A stretch of 63,676 nt of DNA, counting the filler, from Cercozoa sp. M6MM (lineage: Eukaryota; Protista; Endomyxa: Ascetosporea): NCBI GenBank assembly GCA_040357565.1. It is 11 parts of 11 records of this genome, joined end to end, with 100 filler letters (N's around TTAATTAATTAA, not from the genome) between each part and the next. Parts side by side here need not be neighbours in the genome. Positions count along the whole stretch, not along the records: positions 10,799 to 24,283 come from JBDODJ010000354.1; positions 24,384 to 32,701 come from JBDODJ010000546.1; 9 more parts are not named here. The stretch is one strand, 5' to 3'. Positions 12,184-31,712 of the stretch are shown in pieces. Position 1 is the stretch's first letter. Every line of letters begins with the position of its first letter. The notes beneath the pieces were generated by a model that was given only the letters and a program-made list of their open reading frames with translations, was not told where the DNA came from and searched no databases. A program made the position numbers and the translations under genes.

Positions 12184-15100
12184 ATGGCTGCGAAGAAGGC
12201 GCGCCCGAATAAGGGCAAAGGAGGTGACGCTCGGTACGATGCATCTGCTTTGTCCCGAGAAACTGCGCATCTGTTATGTGTGCGTGATGTGGCAGCATCA
12301 GCAAGCAGCAGGCAATGGAGGAGCGTGTTCGTCGCAAGAAAGAGGCGCAGAAGCGCAAGGACTACGTGACGCCGCAGTCGCTCTTTGTGTTCGCGCTGGT
12401 GATGGCAGTGCTGTCGCTGCTGGGACACCTGCTGCCGCGTACCCTGCTCGCACAGCCATACATATACATATCTATTGTGTGCATGTGCGACATGCTCAGG
12501 CTCCTCGACGCCCGATGCTCCCGTTCCCAGTCAGGTAGTGCGACACCCATGGCACTAATCTGCATTACACATGCACATGTACATGCATAACGTACATGTG
12601 CAGACTGCCGAGTCGGCGAAAGCGACGCCACAGCGTGGTTTGCCGTTGGATGACACGTCTCCGGAGGTGCGCTACCTCTGTCCGTACGGCGAGGGTATTT
12701 GTGCGTGTGCTTGTACCTATCTGACTTGCTGAGCAGGTGCGCCGCTTCCTGTCGTGGCTCGAGTCTAAGGGTGTCCCTGCCTCTCTACCTTGTGCATCTT
12801 CTGTACCTTACATCCCCCGGGTGACACAGGCGCCGACACGAGCAAACTCGCCGTTCGCAACTGCGGTCGACAGTCGCTGGTACCGGCGTGTGTCCATTGC
12901 TGTTGTTAAGGCTGCGATGTGTGTGTGTGTTGTGCGTGTGCAGGTGCGCAACAACGAGGCTGAGTGCCGGACCGTGTACGTCAAGGACCAGGCCTCGTTC
13001 GGCGAGACACTGGCCACACTGCCTCTGTCGCTGGGTAACCTACCTATCCCCCCCCCCCCCCCGTGTCACATTGATGTCATATGCAGCCTTCAAGGGCGAC
13101 AACTGCGAGTTATGCGACAAGCTCAACGAGACTGATCTCAAGGTGTGTCTGATGTACCTGTCCTCTTGTACTTGTGCCCATCTGTACTGTCAATTTGTAC
13201 ATGCGCAGCACCTAATCCCGGATGCCGGCGAGCTGCCGCAGGAGACGCAAGATGCGCTTCTGCTTGCTGTGAACAATCCTTTTTAATCACCCCCCCCCCC
13301 CCACACCCGAAGGTTTGTATTTTATTAGGTGGCACTGGCCCACGAGAAGACGCTCGGCGACGAAAGGTCTCTCTGCTTTCCGCTTCCATGTGTGCTTTGT
13401 TGTTTAAATACACTTGTTTGTAGTGAGTACGCTCCATGGATCGCAACGTTGCCAAAGTCGTTCCCGCAGCTGCCGTCGCACTGGTCGCAGGATGACAAGT
13501 AACCTTCGTCTTTCACACCTCAGGGGGCATCGAGCCCACCCCCTGTGTTCGTACTTCTGCGTCTGTGCACAGGATGTTCGCCCTGGCATCGCCTGCCTTG
13601 CTGCAGGTACTTCACGCGCACACATAGGCATATATAATTGTATATACTTCAGCTTAATGTGTTTTGTATACGACAGGCCCTGTTCGGCAGCAACCCGGCC
13701 GAGGTGATGCGTCGTGCTTACGCTGCTCTAAGTGCGTTGCCGAGCTTATAGCTAGTGTGTTCCTGTGGCAACATTGCTACTGCGAGCGCAGACACGGAGG
13801 AGTACCTGGGCACTACCGACTTCTCCGAGGACGACCTTGTGTGGGCTATCGACGTTATCAACACGGTACACTAAGACCCCTGCTTGCCATGACCCGTCTT
13901 CTGTTCCTTTGTATGCTGTCTCTACGTGTGTATGTGTGTGTGTGTGTGTGTGTGTGCTCCCGGGCACAGCGCTCGGTGAGCGTACCGAAGCAGGGCCGTG
14001 TGCTGCTGCCGTTCGCCGACCTGTTCAACGTGCTGCCGGTCGGACAGGCCGGCCTGGACGGTGCTCTCTGCCCTCTGGCCCCTAGCTCCAGTATTGCAGG
14101 GAACCTTAGTTTTTTACCGCATGCGTATGTGTTGGCAGAGGAGGATGGCGTCGTGCAGATCAAGGCGTCGCACTCGCAGATCGGCGAGGCTGGTGTGTCT
14201 GTGTGTCTGTGTCTGTGTCTGTGTGTGCCCTCTGTGTGTCTAGACACACCATGATACTGTTTTCCGTCTGTAGGCGAGGTCTTCATTCGCATCAGTGCCG
14301 AGGCATCTAACGCGGTATATCTCTCTATGGGTGTACCTTCTATACGCATGTGTGTTTGTGCAGGACCTGCTGCAGCAGTACGGCTTCGTGTGGCGTCAGA
14401 ATCCTCGCAAGACGGTACCTACCCTCACCTTCGTTTCTGCACACTTGGGGACACACACGTTCCAACTGCGCAGGTGCTGCTGCCGGTGCCTGTTGCCGAG
14501 AACGAGGCCATGCTCGACGCTCTGCAGGGCCACTTCAACGTCGAGGTACAGCCATATCTAGTCTGTATATGCATGCGTGCATGTGCTACTGCATGTGCGT
14601 GTATGTATGTGCAGTTGTTTAAGTCGCCTTCCACGTGCCGATTGGAGAAGCCGTTCCCGTCGCAGCAGCCGTAGCGTTCCTTCTGCCTCGTGTGTGTCTG
14701 TGTCTGTGTCTGTGTGTGTCTGTGTGTCTGTGTCTGTGTCTGTGTAGTACTTTGTACTCCCCTTACCACCCCAATCCATGTCCCTCCAACACACAGCACG
14801 GTCTTCAACCGCGAGTGTCTCGTGCGTCTGCGCGTCTCTTTCGCCGACGACGTCGCCGCCGAGCGTGTTTCTGCCATGGTGACTTTGTTCGGACCTGTGC
14901 CCTCGGTGCATGAGTGTGAGTGATACAATACGTGCGCAGTTGGAGAAGGGCGCAGATGTCTTGTCGATCCTAACGTTGCCGCTGTCGGCTGGCTCAGGTG
15001 CACACCCATAAACTTGCACGTAGCGTTCCGCTGACATGTACCTTGTGCGCAGAGGAGCAACTTTGGGACTACATCGCGCAGGAGGCTCGCAAGAACGAGG

Positions 15101-15701
15101 TAGTACCCCCCGTGGCGCCCCGCCGGCACATCCTACCTGTACTTCTGCACTTTATGAGATTTGGCACGTGTGCTGGCAGGACAAGTACCCGGACAAGCCG
15201 TCGCGTGACGAGAAGAAGACGTGGAGTGTTAACCGTCGCAACGCGTAGCGTCCCCCCCCCCCCCCCAGAACGTGTGTCCATATTGTGTTGCTGCAGGTTT
15301 AAGGTGCTTCGCGAAGAGGTTGCCGTTCTGGAGTGGGCACAGAAGACCGCGGTACCTACCGCGCTGAATACGACAGCATGTCTGGTATCTTTGGGGATGT
15401 GTATGTGTGCAGGACAAGTGCCCTCTGCAGCTGTTTGAGGACGAAGAGATCGGCATGCTTTCGGACGACTCTGTCGCGAGCTTCTTTGCCTGTACTCAGG
15501 GCGCGTATGGCGTCTACACGGGCGACCAACTCATCGACGCTCGTCGCGGCAAGACGGTCAAGGTAAAATACCCGGCATACCTCACTCCGACCCAGCACTG
15601 ATACACATACACCTCGATTTGTGTGTGTACAGGAGGCCGAGGAGACTGAGGAGGACGTTGCCGAGTTCGACGATGACTCCGACGACGAGATCGACCTCTA
15701 A
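12184..15701 (+). CDS. SET-domain protein of the Rubisco-LSMT/SETD3/SETD6 class with N-terminal transmembrane anchor; catalytic motifs degenerate
   Basis: VRRFLSWLESKG...GETLATLPLSL...EYAPWIATLPKSF...FSEDDLVWAIDVINTRSV...LLPFADLFNV...GEVFIRISAEASNADLLQQYGFV; TM SLFVFALVMAVLSLLG; more than 20 exons. Confidence 0.82.
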
Positions 15702-16578
15702 GCATGCGAAGCGAAATGACTCGAGTCAATGTTACCGCAGCCCTCTCAGATAAGGATGGGCCTTGGTAAATTGAGGGTACTTTGCCAGTGATACAAAAAA
15801 ATTTAGGAACGGATAAAGAGAGTTTGTTCTTGGAGAGTGGCCAAGTGAACCATTGGGGTAACTCACTCTTTCAAAGTCACCCATCAGAAGTACGGAGGTC
15901 TCGGCCTCTTCTTTGAGTTCAGCTGCAACAAGCTTGCTCAAGGCTTCCCAGCGAACACATGTCAAAATCTTCCACACCTCTCTTGAGGATTTTGTAAGTG
16001 GTAGGGTTGCTTCCGCGCGGATACAGTAGCTCATGCTGTAACATCGATGTTTAGTGCGAGTACACTTGCCAGTGAAGAGAAGAGTCCAGGCAAGATCTAC
16101 AGCAACATCAATCCACTGAGTCAGTAGTTAAGTCTCAACAAGCATGGTCTCCTTTGAGGTACCTGGTATCTGGAAAGCGGATTGTTTCAACTCTTGCAGC
16201 ACTTTCGAGCTGCTCGCCACTCTACCAAACACAAGGTATGTCAAACTAGGCAACACTCAACTGTTGCGTTACCAGCTCTCAACCTTTGCAAAACACTTCA
16301 CGTCAATTGTTGTAGGTGCTTCCACGGGGAGCAAGTAGTCAGCCGAGTAGGTTGTTTGATGTTGACAGTAACAAGTTTGTGCACCGGCGTGCACGTGCGA
16401 ACGGTGCGGGAAACGAAAATGGAACAGATCGGATAATAAAAATCGAAGACACAGCTTGCCGAAGTGTTCGTCGAACTAGCAGCAGCGCGGGTGACTCGAC
16501 TTGACCGCACGGCGTGGCGTAATGGGACGACGTGGAGGCAAAAACGCAGCCACCTGGCATACCGTGTTGGCGCGGAAA

Positions 16579-23463
<6,885 letters not shown>

Positions 23464-23712
23464 CTCTCGTTTACTGTTCTCTAGATAAGACCCTGGTAGT
23501 GTCCCCAATAGGTTGAACACAGCAGAATGGCCTAGACACAGCCTCACGCGCGATAGAACTGTTGGCTCATAATTCGACTTGTGAGTCGATAATATGGGCT
23601 CAAATCGGGGCGACAAGCGTAAGTACCTCGAAGTATCACTATATGACAGTTACTTTAGCGGAGTGAGTTTAGTTTCTTAAGTCAATGGAGTTAGTAAGAG
23701 CGCGTTTTGAAG

Positions 23713-24215
23713 ATGCAGTCCTCTCGTACGCAGACTTTGCCGAGTGGTATATCCGCTTTCTGCTTAGTCCGTGTTTACTCTGGACCCTTCATCCCACCAA
23801 GTAGGACCGTGGATGGAGTAGACCTGGATTCTATGACACGTGATGAAGCGGTGCTTCTCGACTCGCTGCGAGCAGATGCACTTGTTGCACTTGGTCGGTA
23901 CTGCTCAGCGTCCGTCGACGATGCTATTTGTGAGTGGTTGGTATAGGGTGCCCGAAGCGGTGGAATTGACGGAAAAGTGCGCAGACAGTCTCGATCAGTT
24001 TGAGGTGTGTTTGTGCTACCATTTTGTGTAAGAGTACAAGCCGCGCTGACGACTGCGCCTCACAGGCCAGCGAACGGACACGTGCGTACGTGCTGGGCAT
24101 GCACCGATGGCTGCACGGTCGCGCAAGTGATGCGTGCGACATCTGGGAGGACTACTTGGCCAGGCAAAACGACATGTGGATGCTCAAGCGACAGCAGCTG
24201 TGCGCTTTTCTTCTG
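23713..24215 (+). CDS. TTC38: TTC38-like TPR protein, N-terminal part (3' truncated)
   Basis: SERTRAYVLGMHRWLHGRASDACDIWEDYLARQNDMWMLKRQQLCAFLLG resembles the TTC38 pattern (A-C-x-x-W-E..L...P-x-D-M...LK....F.LG). Confidence 0.65.
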
Positions 24216-24225
24216 GTATTTACCT

Positions 24226-24283
<58 letters not shown>

Positions 24284-24383
24284 NNNNNNNNNNNNNNNNN
24301 NNNNNNNNNNNNNNNNNNNNNNNNNNNTTAATTAATTAANNNNNNNNNNNNNNNNNNNNNNNNNNNNNNNNNNNNNNNNNNNN

Positions 24384-24431
<48 letters not shown>

Positions 24432-24457
24432 AATCTGAACGGTTCGTTTCGACGCAG

Positions 24458-24569
24458 GGAATGTCGGTCCGCGGTGTGCGAACCACGTGGCCTCGCTGCT
24501 GACCTGGCAGACGGCACTCATCGGCGGAGCCTTTGCTGGTATATATGTATATATAGATATAGTATACTT

Positions 24570-24615
<46 letters not shown>

Positions 24616-25167
24616 TGTGTGTGTGTAGTGGTCGCGGCCGGCTGCGGAGTTCACGTTCGCGGATTTGTGGACGAGTTGTCGCTGCGACTCCTGCAGGTTA
24701 CAGTGGTCCCGACAGACGAGAGTGACGTCCGCGCGGAAGACACCAGCAATTGCACCGGCCACGCTGATGATGTCGACGACGCCAAGAGCGACTACAGCGA
24801 TACTGGTGACCTGGTCTCCTACAACGACGACGACGACGACGACGACGACGACCGCATTCAGTCTGGCAACAACAACAACCACAACAACAACAACGACGAC
24901 AACAACAACAACAGCAACAATCATGGAGATGGCACCAACGCTACCATCAGCATGGAGGGCATTAATGTGCCCATCGACGAGAGCATCGACTCCATCTTGA
25001 GTCGAGGTGAATTCTCCTTGTTGCATTGCACAGTGTTGCAAACACTTGATAGCATGCATTATGATGCTAAGGAAGCACTTGTCTGTCTTTTGTGTGCAGG
25101 CAACACACCAGCACCGTCAGATCCTGACTCGGAAGTCCCCGGTTTCGACGCGAGTGCTCCGAACTGA
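24458..25167 (+). CDS. C-terminal exons of a hypothetical membrane protein with Asp/Asn-rich tail (5' truncated)
   Basis: SLLTWQTALIGGAFA/VVAAGCG...poly-D, poly-N...PGFDASAPN*. Confidence 0.55.
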
Positions 25168-25786
25168 GTATGTATCAGCTAGCCACCACGCCAAACGGAG
25201 TCAACGAATGAAATCAAATAATTTTCCATCCAATCCGCACCGATTAAACGCGATGTCAGGTCCGTCGGTCATACTGAGAACCGAACCTGCGTGAATCGTC
25301 GCTTCAGTTGCTGAGTTCTGCTGCGCTACTTATTTTCAAATACGTTAGACGAGCGGCCAAACTGCAGGCGACACGGACAACTGCACGAGCATAAGAAACG
25401 CAAAGAAACGGAGACCCTCGTCGGCTTTTGAGTGTGGCCAAGCTAGAGCTAGTGAAAATCGACAGGCGCTAGTCAGGTCGAAAGCCGCAAAGTTGATTCA
25501 AGCAACGAAAGCGAGGAGGATATGTTCGTGGGGTTCGATCGTTTGTGCGCGCGCGCGTGTGTGTGAATGTGCTTGTGTTTTGTTTCGTATATAAGTATCG
25601 TATAAGTATACATATTTCGTCGACGGTGGTGGTCTGTGTCCATGTGATTGCGAGTGAGCGTGTGTGCGTGTGTGTGTGTGCAGATGTAGTATGTGTCATT
25701 GTGGTTGCTGCTGCGAGTGGGTGTATGTGTCACTGTGATTGCGTGGAGTACAACGAAGAAGAAAGCCGTGCCTCTAGAGCATAGAT

Positions 25787-26242
25787 CTAGAGCAAGGTGA
25801 TGTCACTAAGCGACCTCACTCGCGGCTCGGACGCAGAGGGTCCTTCGCCGGCACTTTGTCTCAGCAACTGCACATACAAACACAAAGCGGAGATGACGTT
25901 GAGTACCTCAGAAATCTCAACCCCCCCCCCCCCGCCCCGGATAGTAAGGTCAGCATACATCAAAGCACGTGGGTTGTGCGATGGCTGGTGTGACAGGAGC
26001 GGTGACACTCTGCTTGGTCGTGCCCGTGCAGGTCTCGCCGACGCGCCCATCGGCAGCACCAGCAGCAGGAAAGTCCAGCTTGAGTCCTTTCTCGTTCGGC
26101 GGCGCCTTTGGTGTTGTCACCTGGCACACAAAACACACACCGTTAGAAAAAGGAGGTGTGGAAGGAAGGGGTAGAACCTGCGAAAACATGTCCGTGTTGC
26201 CTCGACGGCGCAAGCGACGGGCCAATCGGCGCTGTCAATATT

Positions 26243-26292
<50 letters not shown>

Positions 26293-26403
26293 GGTTAAAG
26301 GGCATGTAGTACCAGTACGCTCGTCGAATGCGGCGACTTGGGCGCTTCCAAGCTGCGGATCGAGTTGTGTGAAGGCGTTCTCAGCATCTTCTGTTCTCAA
26401 TGT

Positions 26404-26435
<32 letters not shown>

Positions 26436-26810
26436 GACATTGCAGAGGGGTACCTGCTTCATGCTGCGTCGATCGCGTCGCAGACGCAGCCACGACCTCG
26501 CACGTCGATGTGTCGGTTTGTCCTTCTGCCATACACACATATACACATGCACACGCATGCACATGAACATGCACACATACAAGGCATCTACAACAAGGCA
26601 CCTTTTCGGGTGTCTGCTGCAGCTTCTCTGGCATGCCGAGATTTCTCCTGTTGGCCGACGGACCTGCAGAACACAGTCAAGTTCGAAAAGCAAGCAAGGG
26701 AGGTGCACAGGATTAAGTTTTACGCTTCGGCGCAGTCGGAATCGGCGAGGCAAGCACCGATTTGAGTCGTGGGTCCACGGACATCTTCTGCGGACCCCAC
26801 AGAGACATAA

Positions 26811-26860
<50 letters not shown>

Positions 26861-27177
26861 CAAGGGTACGAGAGATTCGCGGTTGCGCAAGTGCGCTACG
26901 CGGCCGCTGGAGGAGGTCTCGGAGGTGTCCACGTCGTCCTCGGACTCGGCGTCTGCCTCCGTGCCGGGATTGTACCTGTACCAGGGGTCATCCTCCTCGT
27001 CGCCGTCGTACGTGTCAACCTCCAAGTTGGCTTGACGACGCAGCGCGATCACGCGACTGCGGTATCGCTCCTGCGTACAAGCAAGATCGATCAAATCGAA
27101 AACAACAAGAAAAAACAATATTGGCACAGGAGAAGAGTTACCTCCCACGACGCAATCACCGGGCTTTGCCGGCTCAT
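25787..27177 (-). CDS. Hypothetical low-complexity multi-exon protein
   Basis: MSRQSPVIASWE/ERYRSRVIALRRQANLEVDTYDGDEEDDPWY.../KMSVDPRLKSVLASPIPTAPK... frame-consistent GT-AG exons; no domain recognised; 3' end approximate. Confidence 0.6.
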
Positions 27178-27819
27178 GTTGCTTACAATTGGCAAATCGA
27201 ACTCACACGTCACCATGGCAAAGAGCGACGACGGACGATCTTCTCCTTTTGTCCTTTTGTCAGTGGGACGATCAGTGATGCTGACCGAGTTGTTGTCACT
27301 GTATCGATACTCTTCGACTGTTGAGTTGCCCTGCGCAGGTTACGCAAATATCAACAGTCCCTCAATAAAGGCGCTTGTACTCACACAGAGCAGCACCCAG
27401 CCAAAACACTACCACTAGCAGCCCTGCAGTGGAAAAGCACGGTCGTGGTGGCAGGATCATCCAACCGTGCGTGATACGCAATACGATCCAAAAACCGAAA
27501 AAGCGAAATAACCCGCCAAATCATTTCAAGCCAGCCAACAAGAAAGCTGCGAGCGACACATGATGGCCGTGTACCAAAAAATCCGGTAAAATGCGGGGCG
27601 CACTCTCAGCAGAAAAAAACAACAAACGGCTGCTTTGGGGAACAAGACTGGAAAACTCGGAAGTTTTTGTGATACAAAATCATGAAAACGCACAGATGAT
27701 ACTTACGGCGGTCAAAACGCCCGTCCCCAAAAGTCAACAGGCTGTTGTTGTGAGGGAAGGGAACAAAAGCCTGTCCTCAACAAGCAAGCACATACGCGCG
27801 TGCCCCCGCAAAGCGAGAC

Positions 27820-30113
27820 TTATTGATATAAACGGACAACCCAAAAAGGAAGGACACAGAAAACGCTGCGCCAGGCACAGACACTCGTTGCATAAATCAG
27901 TAAACGGGACCGAAGCCACGTTCGCGTACCACTGATTGACGCTAGGTAACGCAGACGCACACGGGCGAGGCACAAGAACCGGTTGGCCTTTTTCTCACGC
28001 AGTCGTTGGTCTGCTCGTAAAAATTGATCGATCAGCCGCCGCCCGTTTAGCGGTTTGAAGTCGCACTTGAAACGCAGGCTGGAATCAATCATGCAGTTTG
28101 ACTTGCCACTGGAATCAACGACTCGGGAAAGCCCACTCATTAACTCTCGAGCACGGTAGTTGTCGATCTTTCGAGAACTTCCTGCTCTATTGTCTATATT
28201 TACTTCTGTATGCAATGTACAGCGTATCGGGGTCCTGCTTTGCACCGGAAGTACTCAACATTTCGGCACTGATTGTGCTAAATTTGAATAAACTGAATGC
28301 CCGTCATGGTGCGCCGTTGGAAAATCGACTGGTACCGACGAACTTATGCGATGGGTAGTTGTTTCACGTCTGCGTTGAGTGTTCCGAGGACTTTTTCCAG
28401 TTTATCCGCTGCGCATGCCAAACAAACATCATGAAAACACCGGTCTCGGTGCGAAACATACTTCTGTGGATCCATGGAGCTGGCGTGTAAATGTAGTTTA
28501 CCAGGCTCGATTTCTGCCACTGCATCGTCGAACTCCGATTCGACGGAGACAGGTCCGTCTATTGGTCTGGCGCTTTCTCCGATGCCACTGGTGTGACTAT
28601 GTTTACTTGTGTCCTTGTCTCTTGCCCCTTTTTGCTGTCTTCGCTGTTGACGGCGCTTGTTGGCACATAAGTTGGCGATTGAATCTCTCTGAGAGTGCAA
28701 GATGTCACTGAGTTAGGGACCTCAACCAAAGCAGCAGGGTATGATAAAACCTACCATGAGGTTTAGTTCGTCTTCCAGATACCCCAAACATACTCCGACA
28801 GTTGCTTCTTCCTTGCTATCAAGAAGGGCAGTCGGCGGCTCGCTCTTGCCGTGCTTTGCTAGCTCTTTGGACGACTGCACAAGAATGTCAGAGACGCGTT
28901 CGTCGAGTTTTCTTAGGACAGCAATCCGCGTTTGAAGTGCATCTGCTTTTAACTTCGTCGCGGTTGTGTCCTTTTTTAGCGTTCTCAACAACAGCCTTTT
29001 GTGCGCATCGACGCTGCTGTCCTTTTCGTGATGTAAATTTAGTTTCGTGCTTCGCATTTTCAAGTTTTGGCGATCCAGCTGTGCCTTCTCTGCTTCAAGT
29101 TCGGCATCGAGCTCGCATTTGTGGCGAAAAAGGTGCACGTTTTGCACTTCCAGCTCCTTGCAGTTGTCTAGAAGACCATCCATAGACCGAAAGCCTGTCC
29201 GTTGCAGGATTGTCGCAAGTCCACTTTTCAAGTTTTCATTTTCTTTTCGAATGGTGGTGATTCCGCGTTCGGCTGCTGCATCGCTCGAGTGTCGGTGTTT
29301 TGACGCTGCAAGTAACGATCTTGTGCGATGCAGCAGTGACGATTCAGCTCGGGCTTTGCTTGTTGGTTGTGCTGCGGCAACTCCTTCAGAGCTCACGTCA
29401 TGCTGCATGTCTTGGAGAATCTCGTCCCACTTTTGGCGGATCCCTTTCTGAAGTTTCTTCTGCTGTTTTGCCAAGATCACAGTCTCGGCCAAGGCAGCGT
29501 CTCGAGCAGTGTTCATGTCGTGGATTTCGCGGAGCACGCTTTTCATCTGCTCTCGTGACTCCAACAGCTCCTTCTCGTGTTGTTCGCTCACGTTTTCGTG
29601 AACAAGACGCTCCATCTTCAGCGTTTCGATGATTTCACGCAAGCGTCGATTCTGGCTTTCGAGTTTGTTGTACTTCTCTCGAGACAAATCAAGCCGATGC
29701 ATAAAGGTCTGTAACGAACGCTGGTTGAGTTTCTCTTGGGCTGCTCCAGAGCTCTTTCGTGCTTGTCCTCTCTTCACTTCCGAGAACTCTCGCTCAACAT
29801 CTTTCTGCCGTGCGTCAATACGAGAGTGCAGTTGACGCTCATTCTTGATCTGGCCAATGTATGATTCGGCGGCGATCTTCATACGCCACGCCCTTTCCGC
29901 GGTTGACTCACTGAGAGACGTAGTGGAAGCAGTTCGGCGTCGCGTTCCTGCAAGCTTCTGCTGGCTGAGCAGCTCGAGGTCTTCCTCTCGTTTGATCTTC
30001 TCCAACCGTAGCTTCTCCACCTTGGTGTGCTCAGCCTTGGAGTTTGCGATCGGACCTACCGCACTTCTACTCACAGTGAGCAACTGACGAAATTCTTTGT
30101 TCAAGTCGTCCAT
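27820..30113 (-). CDS. ODAD1: Outer dynein arm docking complex subunit DC2 (ODAD1/CCDC114/CCDC63 family); first exon ~1.36 kb
   Basis: FMHRLDLSREKYNKLESQNRRLREIIETLKMERLVHENV and ILQRTGFRSMDGLLDNCKELEVQNVHLFRHKCEL follow DC2 motifs. Likely spliced to ORFs 28344-28700 and 27820-28245; 3' end uncertain. Confidence 0.75.
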
Positions 30114-30656
30114 TTGTTTCCCTGGTAAATCTCAAAGCCAAGCCATAGGACCCCGGTGGGCTGGTTCAAAGCAGCTTCACACGGGTAGCATCATAAACCA
30201 TTCTGAGAACCGCGCGGAGCTATGCTACTGTTTGGTCAAAAAAAAAACTTATCCGGCAATCTGGACGAACTGACTGACTGACAAAAATGTAAACTCGAAA
30301 CGTTCCTTTCGATAAAAACTCGGACTCTTGCATCGTGTAGCATTGATTATCATATATACGTATACATAATCGTATAGGTAGCGTACAGTCAGCTAGTGAG
30401 TTGAGTCTAGGAAACCAAGTATGAAGTAGTTCCCTGCACCAGCACAGTTAGTACGAACTGAAACGGTAAGCGAAGACTGACCGCCGGCCGGCCGGGCAGC
30501 TGACGGCGCAGTCTGCAGTCACGGCGTGAAGCTGAGCCGCGCATCATGCACAGCCAAAACTGGGACGGGAATCAATTAACTCCGTGAGTTGACGTCAAGC
30601 GGAAACAAAGAAGTTGTGGAGTAAGCGCACGATTGAGCGAATCGGGCTGTCGCAGT

Positions 30657-31482
30657 TTACTTCTTGGTGACGTTGCGAAGCTTGCGCAGGCGCTTTCTGT
30701 ACATGTGCTTGCGCATCTTGCGGCGGCGCTTCTTGACCATGTTCACGCAGAGCTTCGGACGGACCTTGTCCTCGGCCTCATCGGCGGGCATGTCAAGCTG
30801 CACATCTTGCTCCTCGCCGTGCATGTCAAGCCACAGTTGCCTCATCTTGGACCAGGCACGTCTCTCCTATAGACCGCCATGCCATCCGAATTCGATTTCA
30901 ACGAGACAGGGAAGAAAAATGCAAACACACCTTGTCGGACAGGTTTGGGTCGGCAACAGCAGCATCCTGCAAACACACACGCACACACACAAGAGAAATG
31001 CAACCGCAATGCAACGAGTTGAAACATGAGTTGAAACACAATACAAGCTTCGCGTGAGCTCTGGCCCGGGCCTTGTCATAGTCCACAATCTCAGAGTGCA
31101 GGACCTCATCTGCATCAAGAAATCCACCATTGCACAAAGTGAAAGCAGCCAAAAGCACACGACACGGTACCGTCACAAATGTACGGCATGCCAGACGGCG
31201 ATGGCATCTGCATCCCGGGAGTGACAGCGCGCATCTCCACAGCGCGACGCACGCGGTTCGACTTTTCGAACTGCATCGACTCAAACGACGGCACCTGTGC
31301 GTACTCGGGCGCCAGGAACACTTCAGGGTTCTGCGCACCCCATATCAAAGCAAACATAGATGCCGAAAAACGCGTACCGCTAGCGTCTGCGTGCAGTAAG
31401 GCTGCATCAGCACTGGCTTGCCCGTAGATGGGATGTTCGTGGACGCCTGACGCGCGGCGCGACGCAGCAAGTGCGACGACAT
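30657..31482 (-). CDS. Mitoribosomal protein mS38 (COX24/AURKAIP1, DUF1713)
   Basis: C-terminus CVNMVKKRRRKMRKHMYRKRLRKLRNVTKK*; N-terminus MSSHLLRRAARQAS resembles a mitochondrial presequence. Confidence 0.85.
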
Positions 31483-31712
31483 TATTCTGTTGATGCCAAA
31501 GAGAAACACCCAACTTGCGCTCGCGTTCTGCAATGTCGGAACGCAGCGTAGGTACGTGTTTTAACACAGCAGAGAGTGCCTAGCAGCTGAGGTCGTCCTT
31601 TGGCCCCCTGACCCGCAAGGCAAATAATTAAACGACTCGGCCCAAAAGCGGTACAAGTTGACACAATCTAAAGAGAAACATAGCGCTGCAATTGTGCTTT
31701 TGGCGGGTGCCA

